Shown one piece after another: positions 1-8,365 of a stretch of 64,000 nt of DNA (positions within the stretch are counted from its first letter, which is position 1; every line of letters starts with the position of its first letter). The stretch lies in NCBI GenBank assembly GCA_016936235.1, contig JAFGPK010000002.1, forward strand, positions 20,672 through 84,671. Reading direction: 5' to 3'. This stretch comes from Candidatus Fermentibacteraceae bacterium. GTDB taxonomy: Bacteria > Fermentibacterota > Fermentibacteria > Fermentibacterales > JCC-6. Both the position numbers and the translations under genes were made by a program. The notes beneath the pieces are model-generated. The model was not told the DNA's origin. It ran no database searches and was given only the letters and a program-made list of their open reading frames with translations.

Positions 1-1499
1 ACCGATGCCAGCTCGTCCCTGAGGTCCAGGTACGCCTTCTGATCCCACTCGCTTCCCGGAGGATCGGGAAGGCAGTCGTCGGGCTGTACTCCAAGGGATG
101 ACAGCATGCTTCCGATCGAGGAGATTGAACCCTGGACCTCCTTCCTGGAGGCTTTCAGCTTTTCGACCTCGTCATCCCACCGCTCGGCAGTGACTTCCTC
201 ACCGGTCAGCAGGTAGAGCTTCCTGCCTATCCTTTCCTCAAGCCCGTTCACTTCCCGCAGTGCTTCAGCCCTGCTTTCCAGAGCGTTCCTGTACTTGATG
301 CGACCGGTTTCCAGTTCCTGGCGAACCAATCCCATCGTTGCGGTATCCGTCAGCTGTCTTCCGAATCTCCTCAGGAATTCCTCCTCCAGCTTCCTTCGGC
401 GCTCCTCCTCCCCGCTGGAAACGGGAGGGGATGATGCAGACATGCGATGATAGACAAGGCACACCGCCGCTCCGGCGGCGGAGACCAGAGTCAGTATCCT
501 GCTGAAAAAGGCTCCGGCGGCAGCCAGCAGAAGCAGAAGGGGGAGGAGATAACCGCAGATCCTTATCGAAAGGGTCCTGCTGCGGTCGGCGGCAATATCC
601 GCCACATATTCCTGACTGGCGTTATCCAGCCAGTTCAGGTCCTCATCCACGGGAGCGAGGTCTTTCAGCCGGCCGTCCAGCCGGTCAAGATCCCTCCGCC
701 TGGTCCTGCAGAGGCTGATATCGGTGCCAAGGTCGATGAGGTCATGTTCCGTCGGGAGTTCACCCAGCATCAGGTCGAGTCTCCTCTGTTCTCCATAGAG
801 CTGGTAGGCCCTGTGCCTCCTGGCGTCTTCCAGGTCGCCCAGCCGATCTTCAAGCATCGCCCTTTTCCTGTCCAGGGAGTTGAGGACTGCAAGGGAAGCG
901 TTCTCGTCCACAGACAGCTGAAGGTCGTCAAGGTATCGAATCTCATTCTCAATCGTTAGCTTTTCCTTGAAGGGCCCCTTCTTTTCGGCTTCTATCCTGC
1001 CTCCGGCGACAACCGCATTCTTCACGGTCTCGTGCTTTATGTTCGACTCGACCTCGTCAAGAACCCTGTTGCCTGAAAGATGGGTTCGAAGCACTTCATC
1101 TCCGACTCCGTCCAGGGAGTCAGACAGCCTGGTGTCCCCTGCCCTGACCACCATTAGCCTGGAAAGGTCCTCCGGCAGACCCTTGTCTTTCCAGGTGTAG
1201 TCCTCCATCCTTCTGCTGCCGGGAGTGAACAGAGTGCTGCCCTTCTCCAGTCCAGTCACCTCGATCTCGCCCCTGGGGTCCCATGTTCTGACGTTGGCCG
1301 ACTTGGTCTTCGTCCATTTGCTTATCCAGGGAGTGTCCCTTCCGGTCCTGAAAAGAAGCGATATCATGGTCTCGACGATGTATGTCTTGCCGGTTTCGTT
1401 CCTCCCGAAGATCAGGTTGAGGCCCCCTGGTTCCATCAAGACGTCTTCCCGGAGTGGACCCTCACGTTTGATGGAGATCCGCCTGATCCTGATCGCCAT
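1..1499 (-). CDS. SMC/Rad50-like AAA ATPase (YhaN/SbcC-like), runs off the left edge
   Basis: Manually translated, absent from the ORF track because it is incomplete. ATG at 1499 overlaps the TGA of the upstream nuclease. Begins MAIRIRRISIKREGPL..GLNLIFGRNETGKT (SMC-type Walker A), followed by coiled-coil sequence and a hydrophobic hairpin (ICGYLLPLLLLLAAAGAFFSRILTLVSAAGAAVCLVY). The frame stays open to base 1. Confidence 0.85.
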   Translation of the reverse strand, partial: MAIRIRRISIKREGPLREDVLMEPGGLNLIFGRNETGKTYIVETMISLLFRTGRDTPWISKWTKTKSANVRTWDPRGEIEVTGLEKGSTLFTPGSRRMEDYTWKDKGLPEDLSRLMVVRAGDTRLSDSLDGVGDEVLRTHLSGNRVLDEVESNIKHETVKNAVVAGGRIEAEKKGPFKEKLTIENEIRYLDDLQLSVDENASLAVLNSLDRKRAMLEDRLGDLEDARRHRAYQLYGEQRRLDLMLGELPTEHDLIDLGTDISLCRTRRRDLDRLDGRLKDLAPVDEDLNWLDNASQEYVADIAADRSRTLSIRICGYLLPLLLLLAAAGAFFSRILTLVSAAGAAVCLVYHRMSASSPPVSSGEEERRRKLEEEFLRRFGRQLTDTATMGLVRQELETGRIKYRNALESRAEALREVNGLEERIGRKLYLLTGEEVTAERWDDEVEKLKASRKEVQGSISSIGSMLSSLGVQPDDCLPDPPGSEWDQKAYLDLRDELAS

Positions 1500-2551
1500 C
1501 AGTGTCCATCCTCCTCGTAGATCACCTTCAGAGCTTCTTCGATGACCTGCTCCTTTTCCGGCTGAACGCCTCCGTAATCCCAGTCCAGTTCATCGATGAA
1601 CTCGATGGTCCTGCGGGCTATCGCATTCCTTCTGCTGTCCCGTGAGACACGGAGGGATGAAATGTCCGGTTCCTCTCCTTCGTAGAATCCGTAATCGGAG
1701 AACATCTCCCTGAGGCAGTGCATAACCGCCTCCCTGTCCGACGAGTAACCCACGGCCCTGACCCTGATCCGGGCTTTCCCCCTTTCCCCGGGATCAAGCC
1801 CCCATGTGGCTATCCTTGCGGAGACCTGGTTCCTCAGCCTTTCCAGCTCGTTGTCATCCGGTATCACAAGGAACCTTTCCCGGAAGAACAGTACGGCGGT
1901 GTCCACCATTTCCGGCTGTACCCTTCCGGTGGCGGTATCGAAGATGAGGAACTGCCTTCTTCCGGTCTCGTTGATGTCGATGCCGCATGGGGAACCCGGA
2001 TAGTGTACATTCGTATTGAGCACCGGCTGGTGAATGTGGCCGAGGAAGACCTTCCAGGGCTGATATCTCTCTATATCCCTCCTGTACAGCGGCATGTAGG
2101 TCCCTTTTTCGTAGGGGTTCCGTTCCTTGATCCCTCCAAGGTAATCGCCGTGGCCGACGAGGACCCAGCGGTCGGCCAGTCCCAGCCCTTCTAGATGTTC
2201 GCCCATTCCCGCGGTCCCGGAATAGGGGACGAGTACCATCGAGAGATCGTCCATACAGACGACGGTGGTCTCCTGGTAGATATGGATATTGTCTCCGACA
2301 ATGATCCTGTCGGAGATGTCAGGATCGTGGTTGCCGGGGATCACATGGACGCTGATCCCGGGATGCTGCCTGCACGCCTGCTCGAACCCCGAATAGCTGG
2401 AGCAGCTCTCGTCGAAGAGGTCGCCGGCCACCACCAGGGTGTCCACTGCCTTACTCTCAATCGTCCCCAGTATGCTTTGAAGCGCCTCGAGCCTTTCGGG
2501 ATGGGCTCCGTCCCGGCACAGATGAACGTCCGCCGTCACCGCGAGCTTCAT
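1499..2551 (-). CDS. Mre11/SbcD/YhaO-like DNA repair metallophosphoesterase
   Basis: Motifs TADVH, VAGDLFD, IPGNHD, GHG, LGHIH, YPGSP. Translationally coupled to the SMC-like ATPase. Confidence 0.88.
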   Translation of the reverse strand: MKLAVTADVHLCRDGAHPERLEALQSILGTIESKAVDTLVVAGDLFDESCSSYSGFEQACRQHPGISVHVIPGNHDPDISDRIIVGDNIHIYQETTVVCMDDLSMVLVPYSGTAGMGEHLEGLGLADRWVLVGHGDYLGGIKERNPYEKGTYMPLYRRDIERYQPWKVFLGHIHQPVLNTNVHYPGSPCGIDINETGRRQFLIFDTATGRVQPEMVDTAVLFFRERFLVIPDDNELERLRNQVSARIATWGLDPGERGKARIRVRAVGYSSDREAVMHCLREMFSDYGFYEGEEPDISSLRVSRDSRRNAIARRTIEFIDELDWDYGGVQPEKEQVIEEALKVIYEEDGH

Positions 2552-2663
2552 GATGTCCGACTCCGTATCGTGAAAGCCCTTCTATCGCGGTTGGGCAATT
2601 GGCAGCCTTTCTGTGATGTGGCGATGGTCCTTCAAGTTCCATCTGTATCGAAGGTTTCAGATG

Positions 2664-2708
2664 AATAATAACAGGAACCCGAATGAACAGGAAGCATGAC
2701 GGGTTCCT
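2664..2708 (-). terminator. Probable intrinsic terminator downstream of nfo
   Basis: Inverted repeat AGGAACCCG (2673-2681) / CGGGTTCCT (2700-2708), followed on the minus strand by GTTATTATT. The loop is long (18 nt). Confidence 0.45.
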
Positions 2709-2823
2709 CTTTATGTTACTGTTTATACACGATGAACGGCATTATGCATTAGTCATGATCCGGCACTGTCCGGATATTACCGATGGAAGGGTCCGTGAGC
2801 GTCATTCCCATGACGATCACGGC

Positions 2824-3636
2824 TCACACCGTAAGGGTCCTGGCGTCGGCGGCCCTGTCACTGTCACTGCCGGGGGTTTCAACGATACCGGGGACATCCC
2901 TGAACTCCTCAAGTGAGGCCAGGTGGAGCAGAGGCGCCGTGCCGATCAGGCCATCGCCTATCCTTGCATGCCTGTCCCTGTGGCTTCCGCAGTCTCCCAG
3001 GCAGTCGTTCATGTGGAACGCCCTGATACGTCCGATGCCTGTCACGGCATCGAATTCCGCCATTACGTCATCTGCAGCCCCTGCAGAGGAAAGGTCGTAT
3101 CCGGCGGCGTGCGCATGGCAGGTATCGAAACAGACACCTGTCCTTTCCGGCATCGCGGTCCTTTCCAGGAGCATCGAGATCTGCCGGAAAGAGAAGCCCA
3201 CAGTGGTACCCTGCCCGGCAGTGTTCTCGAAGAGTATACCGGTGGAGGGATGTGAATTCTTCAGCACTTCCCTGACGGCGGTGGATATGGAGAGCAGGGC
3301 CGCCTCCTCTCCCGCTCCCAGGTGGGCGCCGGGATGGAGAACGGTCCAGCTGATACCCAGGCTGTGCATTCTCAGCAGCTCTTCCTCCAGAGCGATGAAG
3401 GATCGTCTGCTCACTCCGGGGCTCGATGACGCAAGGTTGATCAGGTAGGAGGCATGGGAGAGCACAGGTATCGTTCTCCGGCTGTAGCGTTCGATCTCCA
3501 CATCCGTCACATGCCGGCCCGCCCATCGTCTCTGGTTTGATGTGAATATCTGGCCGCAGCCCAGGTCCAGCTCCTTCAGCGAGTCCAGGGCCCTGTCCAG
3601 TCCGCCGCTCACGGAGGCATGGATTCCGGGGATCAC
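2824..3636 (-). CDS. nfo: Deoxyribonuclease IV (AP endonuclease 2)
   Basis: GIHAS, HASYLINLAS, VLHPGAH, ENTAGQG, CFDTCHAHAAGYD, FHMND, HRDRHARIG and ETP motifs. Confidence 0.95.
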   Translation of the reverse strand: MIPGIHASVSGGLDRALDSLKELDLGCGQIFTSNQRRWAGRHVTDVEIERYSRRTIPVLSHASYLINLASSSPGVSRRSFIALEEELLRMHSLGISWTVLHPGAHLGAGEEAALLSISTAVREVLKNSHPSTGILFENTAGQGTTVGFSFRQISMLLERTAMPERTGVCFDTCHAHAAGYDLSSAGAADDVMAEFDAVTGIGRIRAFHMNDCLGDCGSHRDRHARIGDGLIGTAPLLHLASLEEFRDVPGIVETPGSDSDRAADARTLTV

Positions 3637-3657
3637 GGGTTCAGGTCACCCGATCGT

Positions 3658-4821
3658 TCACAGGCATGTACTGCGGAAAAGGTCAAGTGTCACTGTGCTT
3701 TTCTCCGCCAGCTGGCTACGCTTCCCGGCAATATCCTGGAGGATATCCCTGGATGACTCCCAGGTCCTCTCAAGGAGGTCCCATAGTCGATCAGGCCAGT
3801 CAGGGGCGCCTGTATCGACGGTCAGGTCGGAAAGCCCCACTTCATCCATGAACCGGAAACCCTTGGATGCGTAGGGAACCGCTATGGGTACAGTGCCCGT
3901 AACCACTGAGAGGATGGAGCCGTGAAGGGGAACCGTGACAAGAAGCCTGCATTCGGAGATGCTGTTAAGAAAGCTCCTTATGTCCGTCGGCATCACGACC
4001 GAGGCATGCTCGCTGTGCTCCATCATGGACATCACGGCTATGCACTCCTCATCATCGGAGTTGGACAGACTGCCCGTGTGGAAGGGAAAGAACCTTATCT
4101 CACCCCCGTGGGTCTCTATGTGCCTGTCCAGCAGGCCGGCCCAAACCTTTCGCTGGGCGGACCTGTCCGGTTTTCTGTAGAGTCCCAGCTTTCTCCGCAG
4201 CTCCAGAGGAAGCAACCTGCCCTGCCTGTTCGACACGTTCCTCAGGGCCACCCCGAGTACTTCGGGGGAGCCGTGGAGCTGTGCGAAATCACCTGCGAGG
4301 GTGAAGGTGGAATCGGAGGCAAGCTTCACTTTCGAGGGATCGAGCCCGAGTCCCATGAGAGTATCGTAGGACGGTCCATCCCTTACGGTAACCCCGCTGC
4401 AGTATCCGAGCCATTTCTTCAGCTGCCCCGGTGTCCACCTGGCAAGCTCCTCCCCCTGGCCGATCCCCACCGACCAGGCGAATGCGGGTTTCCTGTACCT
4501 CTTTGCAAGCCTGATCGGATGCAGGTTGAAAGGGGTGTACAGCAGTGAGGATCGATCCTGTGCAAGCTCTCCGCCACCCACTATGACGATATCGGACCAT
4601 CTGACTCCCCGGACCATGGCTCGCAGTCTTCCCCTTCCGACATCGAACCCTCTGGCGCCGTATATCTTCTCAGTCTTCACGGGAACGGCTGACAGCACGC
4701 CTATCTGAACCTGATCGATTGTGGAAAGGTCCCTTATCTGAGAAACGAAGATCGCCTCGTCCCCGACGTTGGACCCGCCCTTCTCCAGCTGACCCCATGA
4801 GGAAGTGAATATCTTTTTCAT
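3658..4821 (-). CDS. Polysaccharide pyruvyl transferase family protein (CsaB/WcaK-like)
   Basis: NVGDEAI, VGGGELAQD, SVGIG, VTVRD..SY, SDSTF, LHGSILS..GTVPIAVPYASK (RLH appears as PLH). Start placed at MKKIF. Confidence 0.85.
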   Translation of the reverse strand: MKKIFTSSWGQLEKGGSNVGDEAIFVSQIRDLSTIDQVQIGVLSAVPVKTEKIYGARGFDVGRGRLRAMVRGVRWSDIVIVGGGELAQDRSSLLYTPFNLHPIRLAKRYRKPAFAWSVGIGQGEELARWTPGQLKKWLGYCSGVTVRDGPSYDTLMGLGLDPSKVKLASDSTFTLAGDFAQLHGSPEVLGVALRNVSNRQGRLLPLELRRKLGLYRKPDRSAQRKVWAGLLDRHIETHGGEIRFFPFHTGSLSNSDDEECIAVMSMMEHSEHASVVMPTDIRSFLNSISECRLLVTVPLHGSILSVVTGTVPIAVPYASKGFRFMDEVGLSDLTVDTGAPDWPDRLWDLLERTWESSRDILQDIAGKRSQLAEKSTVTLDLFRSTCL

Positions 4822-4940
4822 GGGGCGAATATACTCAATTATCACCCTCCTGAATTCGGCCGGGCATTATTGACAGCCGCTGCCGCCGAAAGATATTGTG
4901 CTCTTCGAGATATGGACTTCACATCTGGGAGGTATGCGTT

Positions 4941-5930
4941 ATGAGATACGGCAAACTGCTGTTCCTGTCGGCAGCTGCTTCTGTGGCGTCGGGATGGACC
5001 TTACTGGGAGAACTGCCTGATTATGAGGGATATCCGATCTCCATGGAGCTGGACAGCATCGGAAGTACCGCCGTGGTTCTGATGGAGCAGGAGATTTCCG
5101 ATGTCTGTTACAGGTACGAAGTGATCGTGGGAATTGACGGAGATTTCCACTGCTCCATCGGAGATCCGTACCCCTCTCCCCTGACTGAAGTCCGACCTTT
5201 CGTCCTCTCCCCCCTGTCAGAGGAAGACTGCTTCGACTATTCGCTGCCTATCGGCATATCACACCTGAGCGCTTCAGGGGACACGCTCTGGGCGACAGCA
5301 TTGGATACCCTTTCGGGCGATGAGATCGAGATACTGAGGATACTGCCCTCCCTGGATGGGGGATGCTACGCGGTCCTTGGTCCTTCTCCGGGGTCGGACC
5401 TCTGGAACCTCTACAGACTGGACGAATCCGGGAACCTCCTGATGAGCAATCAGTTCCAGCTTCAAGGTGGCCCGGTACTCGGGCTCAGCGACATGGTGGA
5501 GACCCGGGGATCCGGCATCCTTCTCACAGGCGTCACGGACAGTCTCGGAATGAGCCTGTACATGTTCCTCCTCGGGTTCGACCAGGATGGGAGAGACCGC
5601 ATGAGGATACTGGAGGGTTTTCGTTTCCACGCTTCCGGGGACATTATCCGGCTGGATGAGCGCGGGAGCATCTATGTCGCAGGACATACAGGGTACGAAC
5701 GGGACGACGGTTACTTCATGCCGCCGGTGCAGAGCGACGTGTTCATCATGAAACTGGACAGCCTGGGGAAAGAGGAGTGGCGCACGGTGTTCGTTCAGCC
5801 TCTGGAGAACGTACCGAGGTTCATGGACATTTCCGGAGACGGTGAGGTGGTGATCCTCGCCAGGTCCCACCTTGAAGATGGTTCTGACCCGGACGCCCCT
5901 CTGTACTCCCTGCTTCTGTACAGCCCGTGA
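4941..5930 (+). CDS. Secreted hypothetical protein with beta-propeller-like repeats
   Basis: GGAGG RBS, signal peptide MRYGKLLFLSAAASVASG, C-terminal propeller-like motif GSIYVAGHTG..DVFIMKLDSLGKEEW. Confidence 0.65.
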   Translation: MRYGKLLFLSAAASVASGWTLLGELPDYEGYPISMELDSIGSTAVVLMEQEISDVCYRYEVIVGIDGDFHCSIGDPYPSPLTEVRPFVLSPLSEEDCFDYSLPIGISHLSASGDTLWATALDTLSGDEIEILRILPSLDGGCYAVLGPSPGSDLWNLYRLDESGNLLMSNQFQLQGGPVLGLSDMVETRGSGILLTGVTDSLGMSLYMFLLGFDQDGRDRMRILEGFRFHASGDIIRLDERGSIYVAGHTGYERDDGYFMPPVQSDVFIMKLDSLGKEEWRTVFVQPLENVPRFMDISGDGEVVILARSHLEDGSDPDAPLYSLLLYSP

Positions 5931-5957
5931 TACCGGCCGGTGGGACTCTCCGGTGCT

Positions 5958-8336
5958 CTAATCGTGGAATGCGAAGGATCTGAGGGTCTCAGCCATCTGT
6001 CTCAGTCTCCTGTCCACCTTCCCGTAAATGGTATCCGGCTCATACATCCCGTCCGGCATCAGTTCGCCTGCCCTGGTTCCCATGAGAAGCTCGGCACCCT
6101 CATCGATACAGTCAACGGGATAGATATGGAACCTGCCCTCACTGACTGACTCGATGACGTTCTCCCTGAGATGCAGGTCCTTCACGTTAGCGCCGGGGAT
6201 CATTACTCCCTGTTCGCCTGTCAGACCCCTGCCGCAGCACACACGGTAGAATCCCTCGATCTTCTCGTTCACTCCCCCTATGGCCTGTATCTCGCCGAAC
6301 TGGTTCACGGAGCCGGTCACGGCGATATCCTGCCTGACGGGCAGTTCGGAAAGGGCGCTGAGCAGAACGTAGAGTTCCGTCGAGGAGGCGCTGTCACCTT
6401 CTATCCCGCCGTAGCTCTGCTCGAAAACCACACTGGCGGAGAGGGAGAGGGGATACTCCCTGGCGAACTTGCCCTGGATGAAACCTGATATTATCAGCAT
6501 TCCCTTCGTATGGGTGGTGCCGGACATGTCGGATTCGCGCTCGACATTGATAAGACCCTTCCGCCCTGCAGATACTCTTGTGGTGATCCTGACCGGCAGC
6601 CCGAAGGCGTAATCCACTCCCTGGTAGACCGCAAGGCCGTTCACCTGGCCCACTTTCCTGCCCTCCGTGTCGATCATCACGGTTCTGTCGACTATCTGCC
6701 TGGTGGCATAGGTCTCGCCGAGGTTCAGTCGGAAAATCTTCTGCCTGATAGCTTCCCTGACATGCTCTTCGGTCACCGTAACATCGCCTCCGCGCCTGGC
6801 GAAGTAGGTTGACTGGCGGAGGTAGTCGGTTACCCTGTTGAATTCCAGGGATATCCTCTCCGGTATGCCGGCTATCCTGGCGCTTTCCTCCACAAGCTGT
6901 GCAACCGCTCCCGGGTTCATGGGAAGCAGCTTCTCGGACCTGATTATTCCCGCCACCACATTGGCAAAATCCCTTACGTTGTCCTTCGTGGCTTCCATGG
7001 TGAAGTCGAAAGCGGCCCTGATGCGAAAAAGGAGCCCGAACTCGGGTTCGTAGGAAGCCAGGAGCTGGTAGAGCATCGAGGAACCGATGAGGATCACCTT
7101 CACGTTCGTGTCCAGGGGCTCCGGATGGAGGTGCACCGGGTAAATGCCCATTGGATCATGGCACCTGATCACGGTGGTCTGGTTCCTGAGGGTCTGTATC
7201 AGCCTCTGCCAGAGGGATGGTTCCCTGACAAGGTCCAGGGCGTTCATGATCAGATACCCGCCGTCGGCCATGTGAATGGCCCCCGGTCGTATCATGGTGT
7301 GGTCGCTGTAGGGCTTGTTGTCAACGATGACCCGTTCGATGTTGCCGAAGAGGCTTACCGAATCGGGGAACTCCTCTATCAGCACAGGCCGCTTCCTGTT
7401 ACCCGAGTTGTCTACTATGAGGTTAGGTATGAACAGGACGTAGGGGTCATTGTCATCGGAGCTGCCGGCGAAATCGCTGAGGTTCTCCAGGATGATATCC
7501 ACCAGGGAATCGGCCCATCTGTCCGCCTTGTCATCGCCTATCTCCTTCAGTATGGCTATGATACCGGCGATGGTGGGCTGTACGAGCCTTCGCGACATCT
7601 TCTCGATCTTCGCCTTGAACTCAATGTCCAGGTCCCTGGTCTTCCGGAACGCCTGGGTCAGCTCCTTGAAAAGATCCTCGTGCTGTTGCGTGTACCTGTC
7701 CAGATCCTCCTGTGAAAGCTTGCCCTCGTCCTTCATACCCTCCAGCGTATCGAAGGTCACCGGTTCATCGTTCATGACGGGAAGCACATCGGGCCTGAAC
7801 TCACCGGGTCCCACCGGGACGTTCACGATAGTGAATCCGTCTTTCGAGGCCTTGTTCTTGACCTGCTCCATGATCCCTTTTTTCCGATCGCTGAAGGTGG
7901 TCTTCAAAGCTCTGGATTCCATCTCCGCCTTCTCACTGCTGAGGACGGCGGGGATGTTGCTCTTCAGGAGGGCCACACACTCCTCGAGGGCGTCGACGAA
8001 CCTGGATCCGTCTCCTGCGGGAAAAGTCAGCACCACCGGATTGCCGGGTTCCTCCATGTTTCTGACGTACATGATGTCCCTCAGATCATCGGTGGTGGTG
8101 TCCATACCGTCCAGGATCCTCTTGATGGTAGTCTCACGCCCGGTACCGGATACTCCGGTAACGAACATGTTGTAGCCTATGGAAGGTATTTCCAGCCCCA
8201 GCTTCAAGGCCCTTATAGCCCTCTCCTGCCCGACGATCTCTCCAGTGGGCTTGATGTCGTCAGTTGTTTTGAAGTCGAGAGCATCCATCGGGCACTTCCA
8301 TCTGAGCTCTTCCGGCTTGAGCGGTCGTACTGCCAT
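5958..8336 (-). CDS. Lon-family ATP-dependent protease (AAA_32 + Lon_C, LonB/LonC-like)
   Basis: IVGQERA, degenerate Walker A GVSGTGRET, HMADGGYL, GQVNGL, Ser-Lys dyad motifs GDSASSTE and GGVNEKIEGF. Confidence 0.92.
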   Translation of the reverse strand: MAVRPLKPEELRWKCPMDALDFKTTDDIKPTGEIVGQERAIRALKLGLEIPSIGYNMFVTGVSGTGRETTIKRILDGMDTTTDDLRDIMYVRNMEEPGNPVVLTFPAGDGSRFVDALEECVALLKSNIPAVLSSEKAEMESRALKTTFSDRKKGIMEQVKNKASKDGFTIVNVPVGPGEFRPDVLPVMNDEPVTFDTLEGMKDEGKLSQEDLDRYTQQHEDLFKELTQAFRKTRDLDIEFKAKIEKMSRRLVQPTIAGIIAILKEIGDDKADRWADSLVDIILENLSDFAGSSDDNDPYVLFIPNLIVDNSGNRKRPVLIEEFPDSVSLFGNIERVIVDNKPYSDHTMIRPGAIHMADGGYLIMNALDLVREPSLWQRLIQTLRNQTTVIRCHDPMGIYPVHLHPEPLDTNVKVILIGSSMLYQLLASYEPEFGLLFRIRAAFDFTMEATKDNVRDFANVVAGIIRSEKLLPMNPGAVAQLVEESARIAGIPERISLEFNRVTDYLRQSTYFARRGGDVTVTEEHVREAIRQKIFRLNLGETYATRQIVDRTVMIDTEGRKVGQVNGLAVYQGVDYAFGLPVRITTRVSAGRKGLINVERESDMSGTTHTKGMLIISGFIQGKFAREYPLSLSASVVFEQSYGGIEGDSASSTELYVLLSALSELPVRQDIAVTGSVNQFGEIQAIGGVNEKIEGFYRVCCGRGLTGEQGVMIPGANVKDLHLRENVIESVSEGRFHIYPVDCIDEGAELLMGTRAGELMPDGMYEPDTIYGKVDRRLRQMAETLRSFAFHD

Positions 8337-8365
8337 CTCTTTATCCTTCCAGCAGGTTCACTTTC

